A DNA stretch of 64,000 nucleotides from Acidobacteriota bacterium (GCA_003223135.1 QHXX01000021.1:63674-127673), one strand, 5' to 3'. Shown: positions 9,949 through 20,730, counted from the first letter of the stretch. Notes: generated by a model not told the origin, from the letters alone. Numbers and translations: made by a program.

Positions 9949-11409
9949 TCAGTGGAAGCCCTGGCGTCTCTCGTTGGAGGACGGGATGCGCAGCTCCTCG
10001 CGGTACTTGGCCACGGTTCGCCGAGCGATGCGCAGACCGTCGTCGCTCAGGATCTGCACGATGGCGGCGTCGGAGAGCGGCCGCCGAGGATCCTCCTCGC
10101 TCACGACTTTCTTGATGCGCTCCTTGACGGCCAGCGAGGAGACGTCCTGGCCCTGCGTGGAGCTGATGCTCGAATGGAAAAAGAACTTCATTTCGTACAG
10201 GCCGCGCGGGGTATGCATGTACTTGTGGTTGACCACGCGACTGACGGTCGACTCGTGCATGCCGATGTCGTCCGCCACGTCCTTCAGGATGAGGGGCCGG
10301 AGGTGCTCGTAGCCGAAATCCAGGAAGCCCTGCTGGTGCTTCACGATGCTCCTGGCCACCTTGTAGATGGTGCGCTGCCGCTCCTCCAGGCTCTTGATCA
10401 GCCTGAAGGCGGAGCGGAACTTCTCGCGCACGTATTCGCGCGTCTCACGGGTCACGTCGGTGTTGTTCCGATCGATCATGCGACGGTAAAAGGGGCTGAT
10501 CCGCAGGCGCGGCAGGCCCTCCTCGTTCAGCACGATGGTGTATCCCTTGTCGACCTTCAGGACGTACACATCGGGGATGACGTAGTTGTTGCTTCCGGCG
10601 TTGTATTTCTTGCCGGGCTTCGGGTCCAGGTGGCGGATGGTGTCGACGTAGTGCATGACTTCCTCCACGCCGCACCCGAGCGCCTGCGCCAGCTCCTTGA
10701 ATTTGCGACCCTGCAGGAGGTCCATGTGGTCCTTGACAATCGTCTCCGCGTGCGTCCCCTCCATGTCATGGAACGCCAGCTGGATCAGGAGGCACTCCTT
10801 GAGATCGCGCGCCGCCACACCGGGCGGATCGAACTCCTGCACGAAGTGCAGGGCGTGCTCCACGTCTTCCAGGGACCACGGCCCCATGGCGGCGATGTCC
10901 TCGAGCGACACACGCAGATAGCCGTCGTCGTCCAGGTTGCCGATGATGGCCCGGCCGATCTCCTTCTGAGTTCCCGGCACGATGCTCATGTCGAGCTGCC
11001 AGTGGAGGTAATCGCCCAGGCTCTGCGGCCGGCTCAGGATATTCTCGAGAGGCGGCGCTTCGATTTCCTCGGCCGGCGCCTGCGGGCGGTAGCTGAGATC
11101 CATGTAATCCTGGAAATACGATTCGTAATCGATTTCGTCGAAGGAATCTTTTTCGCGCTCCTCCGCAGGAGTCTCGGAATCGCCCGCGGGAACGGCGTCG
11201 GTCGCAGGCGTCTCCTCGCCCTCGGTCTTCTCGGTCTCTGAGTTCCCCTCCTGGAGCTCCTCCAGGAGCGGGTTCTCGGTCAGCTCCTGGGTGATCTCTT
11301 CCTGCAGCTCGAGCTTGGTCATCTGCAGCAGCTTGATCGCCTGCTGCAGCGACGGCGTCATGATGAGCCTCTGCGTCATCCGCAGATTGAGCTTTTGCTC
11401 GAGTGCCAT
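9949..11409 (-). CDS. rpoN: RNA polymerase sigma-54 factor
   Basis: Region I LIMTPSLQQAIKLLQM, MHESTVSRV HTH and RpoN box ARRTVAKYRE; start placed at MALEQKL. Confidence 0.97.
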   Translation of the reverse strand: MALEQKLNLRMTQRLIMTPSLQQAIKLLQMTKLELQEEITQELTENPLLEELQEGNSETEKTEGEETPATDAVPAGDSETPAEEREKDSFDEIDYESYFQDYMDLSYRPQAPAEEIEAPPLENILSRPQSLGDYLHWQLDMSIVPGTQKEIGRAIIGNLDDDGYLRVSLEDIAAMGPWSLEDVEHALHFVQEFDPPGVAARDLKECLLIQLAFHDMEGTHAETIVKDHMDLLQGRKFKELAQALGCGVEEVMHYVDTIRHLDPKPGKKYNAGSNNYVIPDVYVLKVDKGYTIVLNEEGLPRLRISPFYRRMIDRNNTDVTRETREYVREKFRSAFRLIKSLEERQRTIYKVARSIVKHQQGFLDFGYEHLRPLILKDVADDIGMHESTVSRVVNHKYMHTPRGLYEMKFFFHSSISSTQGQDVSSLAVKERIKKVVSEEDPRRPLSDAAIVQILSDDGLRIARRTVAKYREELRIPSSNERRQGFH

Positions 11410-11470
11410 CGTGTCCTCGATGTCCCGGGCCCGCTTCGCCAAGCCTCGGGGGACCGCTGCCTTCGGGGCC

Positions 11471-12244
11471 TCAGTCGGCCGGGAAGGCTTCCGGTGGCGC
11501 TCCGGCCGGCTCCCGTTCCACGAGCCGGAAGTTCGCCCCCAGGTAGACCTCCCGCACCTGAGGATCGGCCGCCAGCTGATCGGGGGTTCCCTTACGGAAA
11601 ATTCGACCCTCGGCGATGATATAGGCCCGATCGGTGATCCGCAGGGTCTCCTGGACGTTATGGTCGGTCATCAGGAGGCCGATCCCTTTCGCCTTCAATT
11701 GATAAATGATCTTCTGAATATCCGCAACCGCAATCGGGTCGATTCCGGAGAAAGGCTCGTCCAGGAGCATGAACGAGGGGGAAATGACCAGCGCCCGGGC
11801 GATCTCGGCCCTTCGTCTCTCCCCGCCCGACAGGTTGTAGGCCGGGCTCCTGGCCAGGTGAGCGATCTTGAGCTCCTCCAGAACCATCCCGGTCCGCTGC
11901 ACGATCTCCTCATGTGGCATGTCCAGAGTCTCCAGGATGGCGATCAGGTTCTCCTCGACCGTGAGCTTTCTGAAGATCGACGGCTCCTGCGGCAGGTAGC
12001 TGATGCCGCTGCGCGCGCGGAGGTACATGGGCAGTCGCGAGACGTCGTGCCCTCCCAGCAGGATCCGGCCCGCGTCGGGCTGAACGAGACCGACGATGCA
12101 GTAAAAGGTGGTCGTCTTGCCGGCGCCGTTCGGCCCCAGGAGGCCAACCACCTCGCCGCTCTGGATGTGCAGTGAGATGTCGCGGATGACGGGCCGCCCG
12201 CGGTAGCTTTTGGTCAGCCCTTCAATGCTTAGTTTTCGGCTCAA
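11471..12244 (-). CDS. lptB: LPS export ABC transporter ATP-binding protein
   Basis: [32 protein letters not shown]; upstream of rpoN. Confidence 0.95.
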   Translation of the reverse strand: MSRKLSIEGLTKSYRGRPVIRDISLHIQSGEVVGLLGPNGAGKTTTFYCIVGLVQPDAGRILLGGHDVSRLPMYLRARSGISYLPQEPSIFRKLTVEENLIAILETLDMPHEEIVQRTGMVLEELKIAHLARSPAYNLSGGERRRAEIARALVISPSFMLLDEPFSGIDPIAVADIQKIIYQLKAKGIGLLMTDHNVQETLRITDRAYIIAEGRIFRKGTPDQLAADPQVREVYLGANFRLVEREPAGAPPEAFPAD

Positions 12245-14054
12245 CCGACTGAACGTCCTTGGCTTCGGGCTTGAGGGTGATCCACGTCCGGGCGCCGCGC
12301 GCGGATTCGGTCAGAATCCTATCCCCCGCCAGATCGAATGTCAACGTCTTGCCCCGGAGGGTACGGCCGGTCGCGGCATCGACGACCTCCGCCAGACCCT
12401 CCCCGTCCTTCAGCACCAGGACGTCGTCCGCGGCGTGGTACTCGGCGGTGCGCGCCGTCCCGAAGGCCTGGTCGCGTTTCACGGCAACGGAACCCGTCGC
12501 CACGACGTGGTCGAGCTCGCGCGTACCGGCCCGATCCACGAGGTAGGCGTCCATGGCGTCGGCCGTGAGGGTGGCGTCCTCGCGCGTCAGGTGCACGTTG
12601 TCGCGGTACCGCCCGACCCCCTGCGCGTCGTCGAACACCATGCTGGCTGCCGTCACGGAAGCCACGGTGGGTCGCGAGGGGATTCCGGAGCCCGTGGCGT
12701 GACGCTGGGTGAAACGGGCCATGACGTCCCCCGTTGCGCGCAGCTGCCGTGCCTGCTGATCGAGGACGATCTCCTCCGCCTGGATGCTGTTCCCCTCTTG
12801 CCAGGCCCGCGCCGAGCCGGCGTACACCGCGCGCTGCGCCGCCTGGTCGTACAGCAGGGTCCGGGCCTGGAACGAGACGGCCGACTTTTCTCCGAAACCC
12901 GGGGTCGCCGCACCCGCCTTGCCCGAGGGCATGGACACGGTGCGCACGTCGCCGCGCGCCTCGAGAATCTTCGCCCCGGCCTTGACGTCAATCTCCTGGG
13001 CGGCGATCCGGTCGCTGGCGCTCATGACCACGGGGTCGCCGCGCAGCTCGACGAGGTCAGAGGCGGCGCGGTAACGGGCCGAGCGGCTGCGGGAGGTGTA
13101 CGGACCGTAGGTGACCCGGCAGCTTCCCGAGAGCTCGGCCTCGCGGAGCTCGCCACTGGGCCCGGCGAACAGCGAGGCCAGGCTGTCGGCGCGCATCTCG
13201 CGCACGGTGCCGTCCGGACCCGGGGCGCCCGTGATGACGACGTCTCCGAAGGCATGCATCTGTCGCACCGCCTTGCGCCCCTCGTCGAACTGGACTTTGA
13301 GATAATTCGCATACAGCACATCGCCACCCCGCTCCAAGCGGACGTTGTCTGTGAACACCGCCGCGTTGGATTCCAGGACGGCCACCAGGTCACCGGACGA
13401 AATCGTCGCCGGCAGACCGGCCTCCGCGGCGGAGATGCGCAGGACGACCCGGTCGGGAATCTTGATCTGCCGCTCCGCAACCAGGTAGTTCATCCCCCGT
13501 CCCTGTCCCGAGAGGCCGCCGACGGTGAACACGATGTCGTCCGCCGTGAAGATCATGTCGCGCTCGTTGTCGTAGAAGAGCGTTCCGGTCCGCAGCGACA
13601 GACCTTCGGACTCGCTCTCCACGGTGACGTCGCCCGACAGCCGCGCCCGCCGGTCGGTCACATCGAACTGCCCCTCGATGCCGGACACCTTGACGTTGCC
13701 ACCGCGGTCGTCGTGGATCAGGAGCTCGACACCCTGGAGGAGCTTGCGATCTCCGGCAAACCCGGTGACGCTTCGGGCCCGCAGCGTGAAGGCCGGCCGA
13801 CCCTCGCGGCTGCCGTTCACCTCGAACTGGTCGGACCGATCGACCACGGGACCCTGCTGCGCGGGTGTCGGGGAGGACGGGGCCATGGTGATGTCGGTCT
13901 GGGGTCTCCCCTTGCGTCCGTAGCTCATGATGACCGCCAGGCTGAACCCGGCCAGGACCATGAGCACCAGGACGCGCAGGACCATGACGGCACGCAGGGG
14001 TCGCCAGTGGATCCGGTGACTGCCCTGTGGCTGGTCCGCCATGTCCCCCCTCAA
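12222..14054 (-). CDS. LptC/LptA-like multi-OstA-domain LPS transport bridge protein
   Basis: N-terminal TM helix followed by repeated beta-rich OstA-like segments over 610 aa; sits directly before lptB. Confidence 0.75.
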   Translation of the reverse strand: MRGDMADQPQGSHRIHWRPLRAVMVLRVLVLMVLAGFSLAVIMSYGRKGRPQTDITMAPSSPTPAQQGPVVDRSDQFEVNGSREGRPAFTLRARSVTGFAGDRKLLQGVELLIHDDRGGNVKVSGIEGQFDVTDRRARLSGDVTVESESEGLSLRTGTLFYDNERDMIFTADDIVFTVGGLSGQGRGMNYLVAERQIKIPDRVVLRISAAEAGLPATISSGDLVAVLESNAAVFTDNVRLERGGDVLYANYLKVQFDEGRKAVRQMHAFGDVVITGAPGPDGTVREMRADSLASLFAGPSGELREAELSGSCRVTYGPYTSRSRSARYRAASDLVELRGDPVVMSASDRIAAQEIDVKAGAKILEARGDVRTVSMPSGKAGAATPGFGEKSAVSFQARTLLYDQAAQRAVYAGSARAWQEGNSIQAEEIVLDQQARQLRATGDVMARFTQRHATGSGIPSRPTVASVTAASMVFDDAQGVGRYRDNVHLTREDATLTADAMDAYLVDRAGTRELDHVVATGSVAVKRDQAFGTARTAEYHAADDVLVLKDGEGLAEVVDAATGRTLRGKTLTFDLAGDRILTESARGARTWITLKPEAKDVQSVEPKTKH

Positions 14055-14836
14055 CGACCCTTGAAGGCCGGCTTGCGCTTCTCGACAAAGGCCCGGGTCC
14101 CCTCACGCATGTCCTCGGTGGCGCAGCACAACCCGAAGAGGGCGGCCTCCATCGACAGTCCTTCGTTCAGGGTCGTCTGCAGCCCCTCGTGCACCGCCTG
14201 GAGGGCGTAGCGGAGCGCCACCGGGCCGCGCGTCAGGATCGTGCGGGCCAGCGCCTCGGCCGCGGGAAGGAGCTCCGCCGCAGGAACCACCCGGTTCAGC
14301 AGGCCGATGCGCAGCGCTTCCCGCGCGTCGATCGGCTCGCCCGTGAGGATCATCTCCAGGGCGCGCCCTGCGCCGACGAGGCGCGCGAGGCGCTGCGTCC
14401 CACCGTATCCCGGGATGATTCCGAGCGCCACCTCCGGTTGCCCCAGCTTCGCCGACTCGGCGGCCACGCGAAGCGTGCAGGCCATCGCCAGCTCCAGACC
14501 GCCGCCCAGAGCGTAGCCATTGATCGCGGCGATGCTCGGTTTGCCGAGCCGTTCCAACCGATCCAGGACCGCCTGTCCCGCGCGGGCGTAAGCTGTCCCC
14601 TCGACCGGGGTCTGTGATGCAAGCTCTCCGATATCCGCCCCGGCCACGAACGCCTTCTCGCCTGCGCCGGTGATGATCAGGACCCCGACCGACGGGTCCT
14701 GGCCGGCCGACGCCACGACCCGGTCGATCTCCTGCACCGTCTGGCGGTCCAGGGCGTTGAGCTTCTCGGGGCGGCTGATGGTGATGCGCGCGATCCCGTT
14801 CTTCGTTCCGTACAGCACCCTCGTCGAGCCGTTCAT
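14051..14836 (-). CDS. enoyl-CoA hydratase (crotonase)
   Basis: AFVAGADI, GYALGGGLELAMAC, GQPEVALGIIPGYGGTQRL. Confidence 0.93.
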   Translation of the reverse strand: MNGSTRVLYGTKNGIARITISRPEKLNALDRQTVQEIDRVVASAGQDPSVGVLIITGAGEKAFVAGADIGELASQTPVEGTAYARAGQAVLDRLERLGKPSIAAINGYALGGGLELAMACTLRVAAESAKLGQPEVALGIIPGYGGTQRLARLVGAGRALEMILTGEPIDAREALRIGLLNRVVPAAELLPAAEALARTILTRGPVALRYALQAVHEGLQTTLNEGLSMEAALFGLCCATEDMREGTRAFVEKRKPAFKGR

Positions 14837-14845
14837 CGTCGCTCC

Positions 14846-15736
14846 TCAGCTGCGGGTGAGAAAGTCGTTCGGCTTCGGGGGCTCGGATGCGTAATCGTAA
14901 AATCCCTTGCCGGTCTTGCGACCGTGGAATCCGGCCAGCACCATCCTCTTCATCAAGGGCGGCGGCGCAAACCTCCTCTCACGGAACTCGTCGAACATGA
15001 TATTGGCAATGTAATACGTGGTGTCGATCCCGACCAGATCCAGCAGCGTAAAGGGGCCCATGGGATGGCCGCAGCCCAGCTTCATCCCCTGGTCGATATC
15101 AACAATCGTGCCGACGCCTTCCTCCAGGGCGCGGATCGCGTCCAGGATGTACGGCACGAGAAGACGGTTCACTATGAAACCGGTGCGGTCCAGGGCCCGG
15201 ATCGGTACTTTCCCGAGGCCTTTCGCGAACTTCAACACCGTCTCCTCGACCTCCGGATCGGTCTGAATGGTGCGCGTGATCTCAACCAGCTTCATCAGGG
15301 GAACCGGGTTGAAGAAATGCAGCCCCACGAAACGCTGCGGTCTCTTCGTGGCCACCGACATTTCCGTGATCGAGAGGGACGAGGTGTTGCTGGCGAGGAT
15401 CGCCTCGGGCTTGAGAGTACGTTCGAGTCGCTGGAACGCCTCCTGCTTGGCCGGCAGGTTCTCCACCACCGCCTCGATCACGAGGTCGCAATCGGCGAGG
15501 GCGGCGTAGTCGGTCGTGCCCGCCAGGCGGGACAGGGTCGCCTGCTTCTCCTCAGGACGGACCTTCCCACGGGACACTCCGTTCGAGAGGAACTGGTCGA
15601 TCCGCTTGAGGCCGGCGTCCAGAAGCTCCTTCGAGACTTCGAGCACCGTCGTCGGGTGACCGGATTGCGCCGCCACCTGGGCGATCCCCGACCCCATGAG
15701 CCCGCACCCCAGGACTCCGACCTTTCTGATCTCCAT
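14846..15736 (-). CDS. hbd: 3-hydroxybutyryl-CoA dehydrogenase
   Basis: Start MEIRKVGVLGCGLMGSGIA; SNTSSLS, GLHFFNPVP, GFIVNRL, HPMGP. Confidence 0.92.
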   Translation of the reverse strand: MEIRKVGVLGCGLMGSGIAQVAAQSGHPTTVLEVSKELLDAGLKRIDQFLSNGVSRGKVRPEEKQATLSRLAGTTDYAALADCDLVIEAVVENLPAKQEAFQRLERTLKPEAILASNTSSLSITEMSVATKRPQRFVGLHFFNPVPLMKLVEITRTIQTDPEVEETVLKFAKGLGKVPIRALDRTGFIVNRLLVPYILDAIRALEEGVGTIVDIDQGMKLGCGHPMGPFTLLDLVGIDTTYYIANIMFDEFRERRFAPPPLMKRMVLAGFHGRKTGKGFYDYASEPPKPNDFLTRS

Positions 15737-15776
15737 GTCGTTCCCTCCGGCCCCTGGCGAGGGGCGCCCCGGACGG

Positions 15777-16991
15777 TTAGCCTTTGGTTCCTGAGGCCGC
15801 CTCGACCAGGACGGCGATCCCCTGGCCGCCTCCGATGCAGGCACTGGCGATGCCGTAGCGGCCCCCGCGCCTGCGGAGTTCGAGGAGAAGCGTCAGGACC
15901 AGCCTCGTCCCGGTGGCTCCGAGCGGGTGGCCCAGGGCCACCGCCCCGCCGTTGACATTGACCCGGGCGCGATCCAGCCCGAGCTCCTTCTCGACCGCGA
16001 GATACTGCGCGGCGAACGCCTCGTTGATCTCGAACAGGTCGATCTCCTGAAGCCTGAGGCCGGCGCGCTCCAGCGCCATCCGGATGGCCGGCACCGGGCC
16101 GATGCCCATGATGCGCGGCGGTACGCCGGCCACACCATAGGTGATCACCCGGCCGAGCGGTTTCGTCTTGACGCCGGGGGCGGCCGCGGGCGACGCCACG
16201 ACCACCGCCGCCGCTCCGTCCACGATGCCCGAGGCGTTGCCGGCGGTGACGTACCCTTGCCCTTGGAAGGCCGGCGGCAGCTTGGCCAGCCCCTCCAGGG
16301 TCGTGTCCGGCCGGCGGTGATTATCCTCTGCGATGACGGTCTCCTTGCCCCGCTCGCGCACCGTCACCGGGACGATCTCCTCCTTCATTCGGCCCGCCCT
16401 GTAGGCCGCGTCGGCCGCCTGCTGGCTGCGCAGGGCGTACCGATCGGCCTCTTCCCGGGTGATGCCGCGCTCAATCGCCAGGGTCTCGGCGGTCTGCGCC
16501 ATGGAACAGCCGCAGTGCGTATCCATCAGTCCGACCAGAAGGGAGTCCTCGAGCTGCGCGTGGCCCATGCGCAGGCCGGACCGCAGCCCGCGCGCCACGT
16601 GCGGCGCCTGTGTCATGTTCTCCATGCCACCGGCCAGGACCAGGTCCGCTTCCTGCAGGTGGACGAGCGACGCGGCGGTGACGATCGCCTGGATCCCCGA
16701 CCCGCACAGGCGGTTGACCGTCAGCGCCGGAACCGCGTCCGGGAGACCGGCCTTCAGCCCGACGTGACGGGCCCCGTACATGGCATTGCCGCTGGTCTGC
16801 ATGGCATTGCCGAACACGACGTGGTCCACGCGGGCCGGATCCGCCCCGGCTCGACGCAGCGCCTCGCGCCCCGCGATGGCCCCCAGCTCCACTTCCGTGA
16901 TGTCCTTGAAGTGGGTGTTGAGTTCGGCCATCGGCGTGCGGGCGCCCGCCAGGACGACCGATTCGAAGATCGGCGAACGGCGACCGCTCAT
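15777..16991 (-). CDS. acetyl-CoA C-acyltransferase (thiolase)
   Basis: [30 protein letters not shown]. Confidence 0.95.
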   Translation of the reverse strand: MSGRRSPIFESVVLAGARTPMAELNTHFKDITEVELGAIAGREALRRAGADPARVDHVVFGNAMQTSGNAMYGARHVGLKAGLPDAVPALTVNRLCGSGIQAIVTAASLVHLQEADLVLAGGMENMTQAPHVARGLRSGLRMGHAQLEDSLLVGLMDTHCGCSMAQTAETLAIERGITREEADRYALRSQQAADAAYRAGRMKEEIVPVTVRERGKETVIAEDNHRRPDTTLEGLAKLPPAFQGQGYVTAGNASGIVDGAAAVVVASPAAAPGVKTKPLGRVITYGVAGVPPRIMGIGPVPAIRMALERAGLRLQEIDLFEINEAFAAQYLAVEKELGLDRARVNVNGGAVALGHPLGATGTRLVLTLLLELRRRGGRYGIASACIGGGQGIAVLVEAASGTKG

Positions 16992-17776
16992 GCGTTCTCC
17001 CTGGGGCGCTCACCGCGATCCGGCAGCCGGTGGAAGTCGGCGCGCTTGATGGTCACGCGGGCGTCCTCCGCCTGGAGCGTGATGAACTGGCACATCTCCT
17101 GAAGTCGGGAGCAGATCCGCGGCCCGATACGCTGCTTCAGGCTCGGATCACGCTTTTCCTTGGGCTCGTCCATGTAATTCGTCGTTACGATCGTGGACCG
17201 GCTCTCGTTGTAGCGGGTCGTCACGATGTGCGACAGGGTTTCCTCGACCCACGCGCTGAACTGACGGCCGCCCAGGTCGTCGAGCAGCACCACCTCGGTC
17301 TCCAGGACAGGCTGCAGGAGATCGAGCTCGCTCATCCCCGACTGGCGATCAAAGGTCGCCTGCAGCTGCCTGAGCAGATCCTGGACGTCGCAGAACAGGC
17401 AGGCAACGCCCTTCTGCAACGCCAGGCCGCGCAGGGTCGCGACACCCAGGTGCGTCTTGCCCACTCCCGGCGGTCCCATGAGCAGGAGGCCTCGATCGTT
17501 CAGAGGATACTCCTCAACGAAGCGGATGGCACGCGTCTTGGCGCCCTGCAGCGACAGCTGATGCGGTCCCGGATACACGTCGAAGTTCTCGAACTCGCAG
17601 TCATGGTACCGCCGGGGAATGCGGGCCGCCTGAAGGAATTCCGGCGCGCCCGCAGGGCGGCCGTGCGCCACCCGGCGGCAGCCGCAAGGCCGGGCACGCT
17701 TGGCTCCGCCCTCCTCGAGGATGACGAAGCCCGTCCCGCCACAGGGCCCGCAGGTGCCGGTGTCGCTCTCGCTCAT
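16988..17776 (-). CDS. DnaC/IstB-like AAA+ ATPase with N-terminal Cys cluster
   Basis: CGPCGGTG...CGC, IPRRY, Walker A GPPGVGKTH, Walker B LLDDLG, TTN and RICSRL; start placed at MSESDTG. Confidence 0.85.
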   Translation of the reverse strand: MSESDTGTCGPCGGTGFVILEEGGAKRARPCGCRRVAHGRPAGAPEFLQAARIPRRYHDCEFENFDVYPGPHQLSLQGAKTRAIRFVEEYPLNDRGLLLMGPPGVGKTHLGVATLRGLALQKGVACLFCDVQDLLRQLQATFDRQSGMSELDLLQPVLETEVVLLDDLGGRQFSAWVEETLSHIVTTRYNESRSTIVTTNYMDEPKEKRDPSLKQRIGPRICSRLQEMCQFITLQAEDARVTIKRADFHRLPDRGERPRENA

Positions 17777-17847
17777 CCTTACCTCTCCCGCTCCCGCCCC
17801 CGCGATCCGGGCGGCCCCGCAAACGCCGAGGCGACCCGGACCGGCCC

Positions 17848-18711
17848 CTAGTTGAGGTAGCCCTGAAGCTGCTGGCACTTCTGCGAGCGGTTCAGCTTAT
17901 CCAACGCCTGAGCCTCGATCTGGCGGATGCGCTCGCGTGACAGGCCCATCATCTCGCCGATCTCCTTCAACGTTTTCGGCTCTCCTTCGTCCAATCCGAA
18001 GCGCAAACGCAGCACTTTCTGCTCCTTCGGGTCGAGCTCGCCCAGGCAGGCGTACAGGTGGTCCTTGAGGGACGATCGCAAAAGCGCCATGTCGGCCGGC
18101 GGAATGACGTCCTGCTCCAGCTTGTCCGACAGGTGGAACTCGTGCTCTTCGTCGATCACGGTGGACAGAGAAACGTTTTCGTCGGCCACTTGAAGAAGAT
18201 TCGTGACCTCCTCGACCGGGATCTCCAGCTTCGCGGCGATCTCGTCCGGGGTCGGGCTGCGCTCCAGATCGAGCGTGAGCTGGGAGATCGTCTTGCCGAT
18301 GCGGTACAACAAATTAGCCTGCTTCTGGGGCAGGCGGAAGGCCCCGCTCTGGTCCGAGAGCGCGTGGATGATCGCCTGGCGCACCCACCAGACGGCGTAG
18401 GTGATGAACTTGACGTTCTTCTTCGGATTGAAGCGCTTCGCGGCCTCGATCAGCCCGATATTGCCCTCGTTGATGAGGTCGAGGAAGGACAGGCCGCAGT
18501 TGCGGTACTTCTTGGCAAAGCTGACCACGAAGCGGAGGTTGGCCTCCACCAGCTTCCGCAGGGCCTCCTTGTCTCCCCTCTGGATGCGATCCCCGAGAAC
18601 CTTTTCCTCGTCGGGGGTGATGCGCGGCAGCTTCGAGATTTCCTGAAGATATTTCTTGAGCGTCTCGGAGGAGGCGGCCGCTCGCTTGCTGGGTGTCCGT
18701 TCTTCTTCCAC
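17848..18711 (-). CDS. sigma-70 family sigma factor (RpoD/RpoS-like, no region 1.1)
   Basis: YLQEISK (1.2), LVEANLRFVVSFAKKY, FITYAVWWVRQAI, TLKEIGEMMGLSRERIRQIE; 287 aa. Confidence 0.95.
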   Translation of the reverse strand: MEEERTPSKRAAASSETLKKYLQEISKLPRITPDEEKVLGDRIQRGDKEALRKLVEANLRFVVSFAKKYRNCGLSFLDLINEGNIGLIEAAKRFNPKKNVKFITYAVWWVRQAIIHALSDQSGAFRLPQKQANLLYRIGKTISQLTLDLERSPTPDEIAAKLEIPVEEVTNLLQVADENVSLSTVIDEEHEFHLSDKLEQDVIPPADMALLRSSLKDHLYACLGELDPKEQKVLRLRFGLDEGEPKTLKEIGEMMGLSRERIRQIEAQALDKLNRSQKCQQLQGYLN

Positions 18712-18714
18712 CCC

Positions 18715-19149
18715 TCACCTCTTTTCGGCTTTGAAGGTGCGCCCGTGACCCTCGACCTTCACCAGGGCACGGGAGGACTCGATGGCCTCCTCCTGCTTCC
18801 TCTTGCCGAGCTCTTCACGCACCTGCGTGATGAAGCGCTCCATCTCCTGCTGTATCGTCTCGATCTTGTGACGCAGGTTCATGATGATTTCGACCCCGGC
18901 CAGATTCACGCCGAGATCGCGCGTCAGGCTCAGGATGAAGCCCAGCCGCTCGAGGTCTTCTTCCGAGTACAGGCGCGTGTTGCCCTGCGTGCGCGACGGC
19001 TTGACCAGGCCCTCCCTCTCGTAGAGACGCAGGGTCTGGGGGTGAACCTCGAAGCGTCTGGCCACCACGCTGATCATGAAATAGGCCCTGTCCCCGCGCG
19101 GGTCCTTGCCGGCGCGTCTCTTGCGGCGGGCCTCAGATGCGGATGCCAC
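18715..19149 (-). CDS. hspR: MerR-family heat-shock repressor HspR
   Basis: ISVVARRFEVHPQTLRLYEREGL...GVNLAGVEII signature; follows dnaJ. Confidence 0.85.
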   Translation of the reverse strand: MASASEARRKRRAGKDPRGDRAYFMISVVARRFEVHPQTLRLYEREGLVKPSRTQGNTRLYSEEDLERLGFILSLTRDLGVNLAGVEIIMNLRHKIETIQQEMERFITQVREELGKRKQEEAIESSRALVKVEGHGRTFKAEKR

Positions 19150-20257
19150 GGCGCAACTCCTCGCCCGAAGTCAACGCGCCAAGGTCTTTCAGCAACTGCC
19201 GGGATTTTTCGTCAGTCGCGCGCGGCGTGACGATGTGGACCTCCACGTACTGGTCCCCCCGTGCCGTGCCGCGCAGGAGCGGGACGCCTTTGCCCCGCAG
19301 TCGGAACTTCTGGCCGTTCTCCGTGCCCGGCGGGATTTTGATGTGAGACCGCCCGTCGATCGTCGGAACCTCGATGCGGGCTCCCAAGGCGGCCTCGGGC
19401 ACCGTGATCGGCACGGCGCAGTGAATATTATCACCGATTCTCTTGAAGAAGGGGTGCGGCGCCACCTGCGTCACGATGTAAAGATCACCCGGCGGCCCGC
19501 CATTCCGTCCCGCCCGTCCCTTGCCGGGCACGCGCACGCGCGAGCCGGTGTCGACCCCGGGAGGGATGTGAATCCTCAGGGTCTCCTCTTGTTTCAGCAC
19601 CCCTGCGCCCTGGCAGTTGCCGCACCCCTCGTACCCGAGCATCCCCTCGCCGGAGCAGCGGCGGCAGGTGGTGGCGAAGTGAAGGAGGCCCGACACGTGG
19701 CTGACCCGACCCGTTCCGGCGCAATCGGGGCACGGCCGACGTGTGCGCGACGGCACCCGGCCCGAACCGTTGCAGCGCGGGCAGGGGGCCTCGGCGTCGA
19801 TCGTCATATCAGTGGTCAGGCCGCGCAGGGCGTCGAAAAAACCGGTGCCCAGCGTGCGGGTCACATCCGAGCCGCGCCGCGGCGTCTGGTCCTCCAGACC
19901 CTCGGCGTTCCGCCGGCCGAAAATCTCCGAGAAAAAAGTAGAGAACCCCGAATCGGCGCCGCTCAGATCGCCGAAGTCGAAGCCGGGGTCTTGACCGGGC
20001 ACGCCCCAGAAGGGAGCGCCCTCCGGGCCCGCTGCGAACCCCTGACCGAACTGGAGCTCCCGATCGTGCTTCTTGCGCTTCTCCGAGTCCGACAGGACGT
20101 CGTAGGCCTCGGAGATTTGCTTGAAGCGCTCCTCCGCCCGCTTGTCGCCCGGGTTGAGGTCCGGATGGAATTTCCGGGCGAGCCTGCGGTAAGCCCTTTT
20201 GATCTCGGCCAGTCGCGCCTTGCGATCGACGCCCAGAATGTCGTAATGGTTGACCAC
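19133..20257 (-). CDS. dnaJ: chaperone DnaJ
   Basis: J-domain with HPD, four CxxCxGxG repeats and C-terminal domain. Confidence 0.95.
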   Translation of the reverse strand: MVNHYDILGVDRKARLAEIKRAYRRLARKFHPDLNPGDKRAEERFKQISEAYDVLSDSEKRKKHDRELQFGQGFAAGPEGAPFWGVPGQDPGFDFGDLSGADSGFSTFFSEIFGRRNAEGLEDQTPRRGSDVTRTLGTGFFDALRGLTTDMTIDAEAPCPRCNGSGRVPSRTRRPCPDCAGTGRVSHVSGLLHFATTCRRCSGEGMLGYEGCGNCQGAGVLKQEETLRIHIPPGVDTGSRVRVPGKGRAGRNGGPPGDLYIVTQVAPHPFFKRIGDNIHCAVPITVPEAALGARIEVPTIDGRSHIKIPPGTENGQKFRLRGKGVPLLRGTARGDQYVEVHIVTPRATDEKSRQLLKDLGALTSGEELRRGIRI

Positions 20258-20726
20258 TATTGGACCTGCACCTTGATCGATCGCGCCCGCGCGCCCGTGG
20301 ACTTCGGCAGGACGACCTCGAGGACGCCCAGGTGGAGGCGAGCGCTCACCCGGCTCTCATCGACAGGATGAGGGAGGTGGAACGTGCGCGAGAAGGAGCC
20401 GTACGGTCTCTCGATCCGTAGCGCCGAGCGTGCCCCCTTCTCGAGCGCGCGGCGGCCTTCGAGGGTCACGATGCCACCCTCGACGCGGATGTCGAGATCG
20501 TCCCGACGCACGGCGGGGACCTCGGTGGTCAGGATGAAGGCATCCCTGTCCTCGCGCAGGTCCACCGGCGGGCTCCAGCCCGCCAGCCCACCCGTCGAGA
20601 AGTCGCCCTTGCGGAGGACCGACTCCAGAAGGCGATTCATCCGTTCCTTGAGCCCGATCAGGTCTCGGATCGGGTCCCAAGGGAGCGGCGTGCCCGCGCC
20701 GCGCGGAGGGCGCGGCGCGCGCCCGC

Positions 20727-20730
<4 letters not shown>
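20257..20730 (-). CDS. small heat-shock protein (Hsp20/alpha-crystallin)
   Basis: [32 protein letters not shown]. Confidence 0.92.

Noticed and set aside
16988-17776. IS21 element (IstB)
   Set aside because: No IstA transposase or terminal inverted repeats; the gene is coupled to thiolase.
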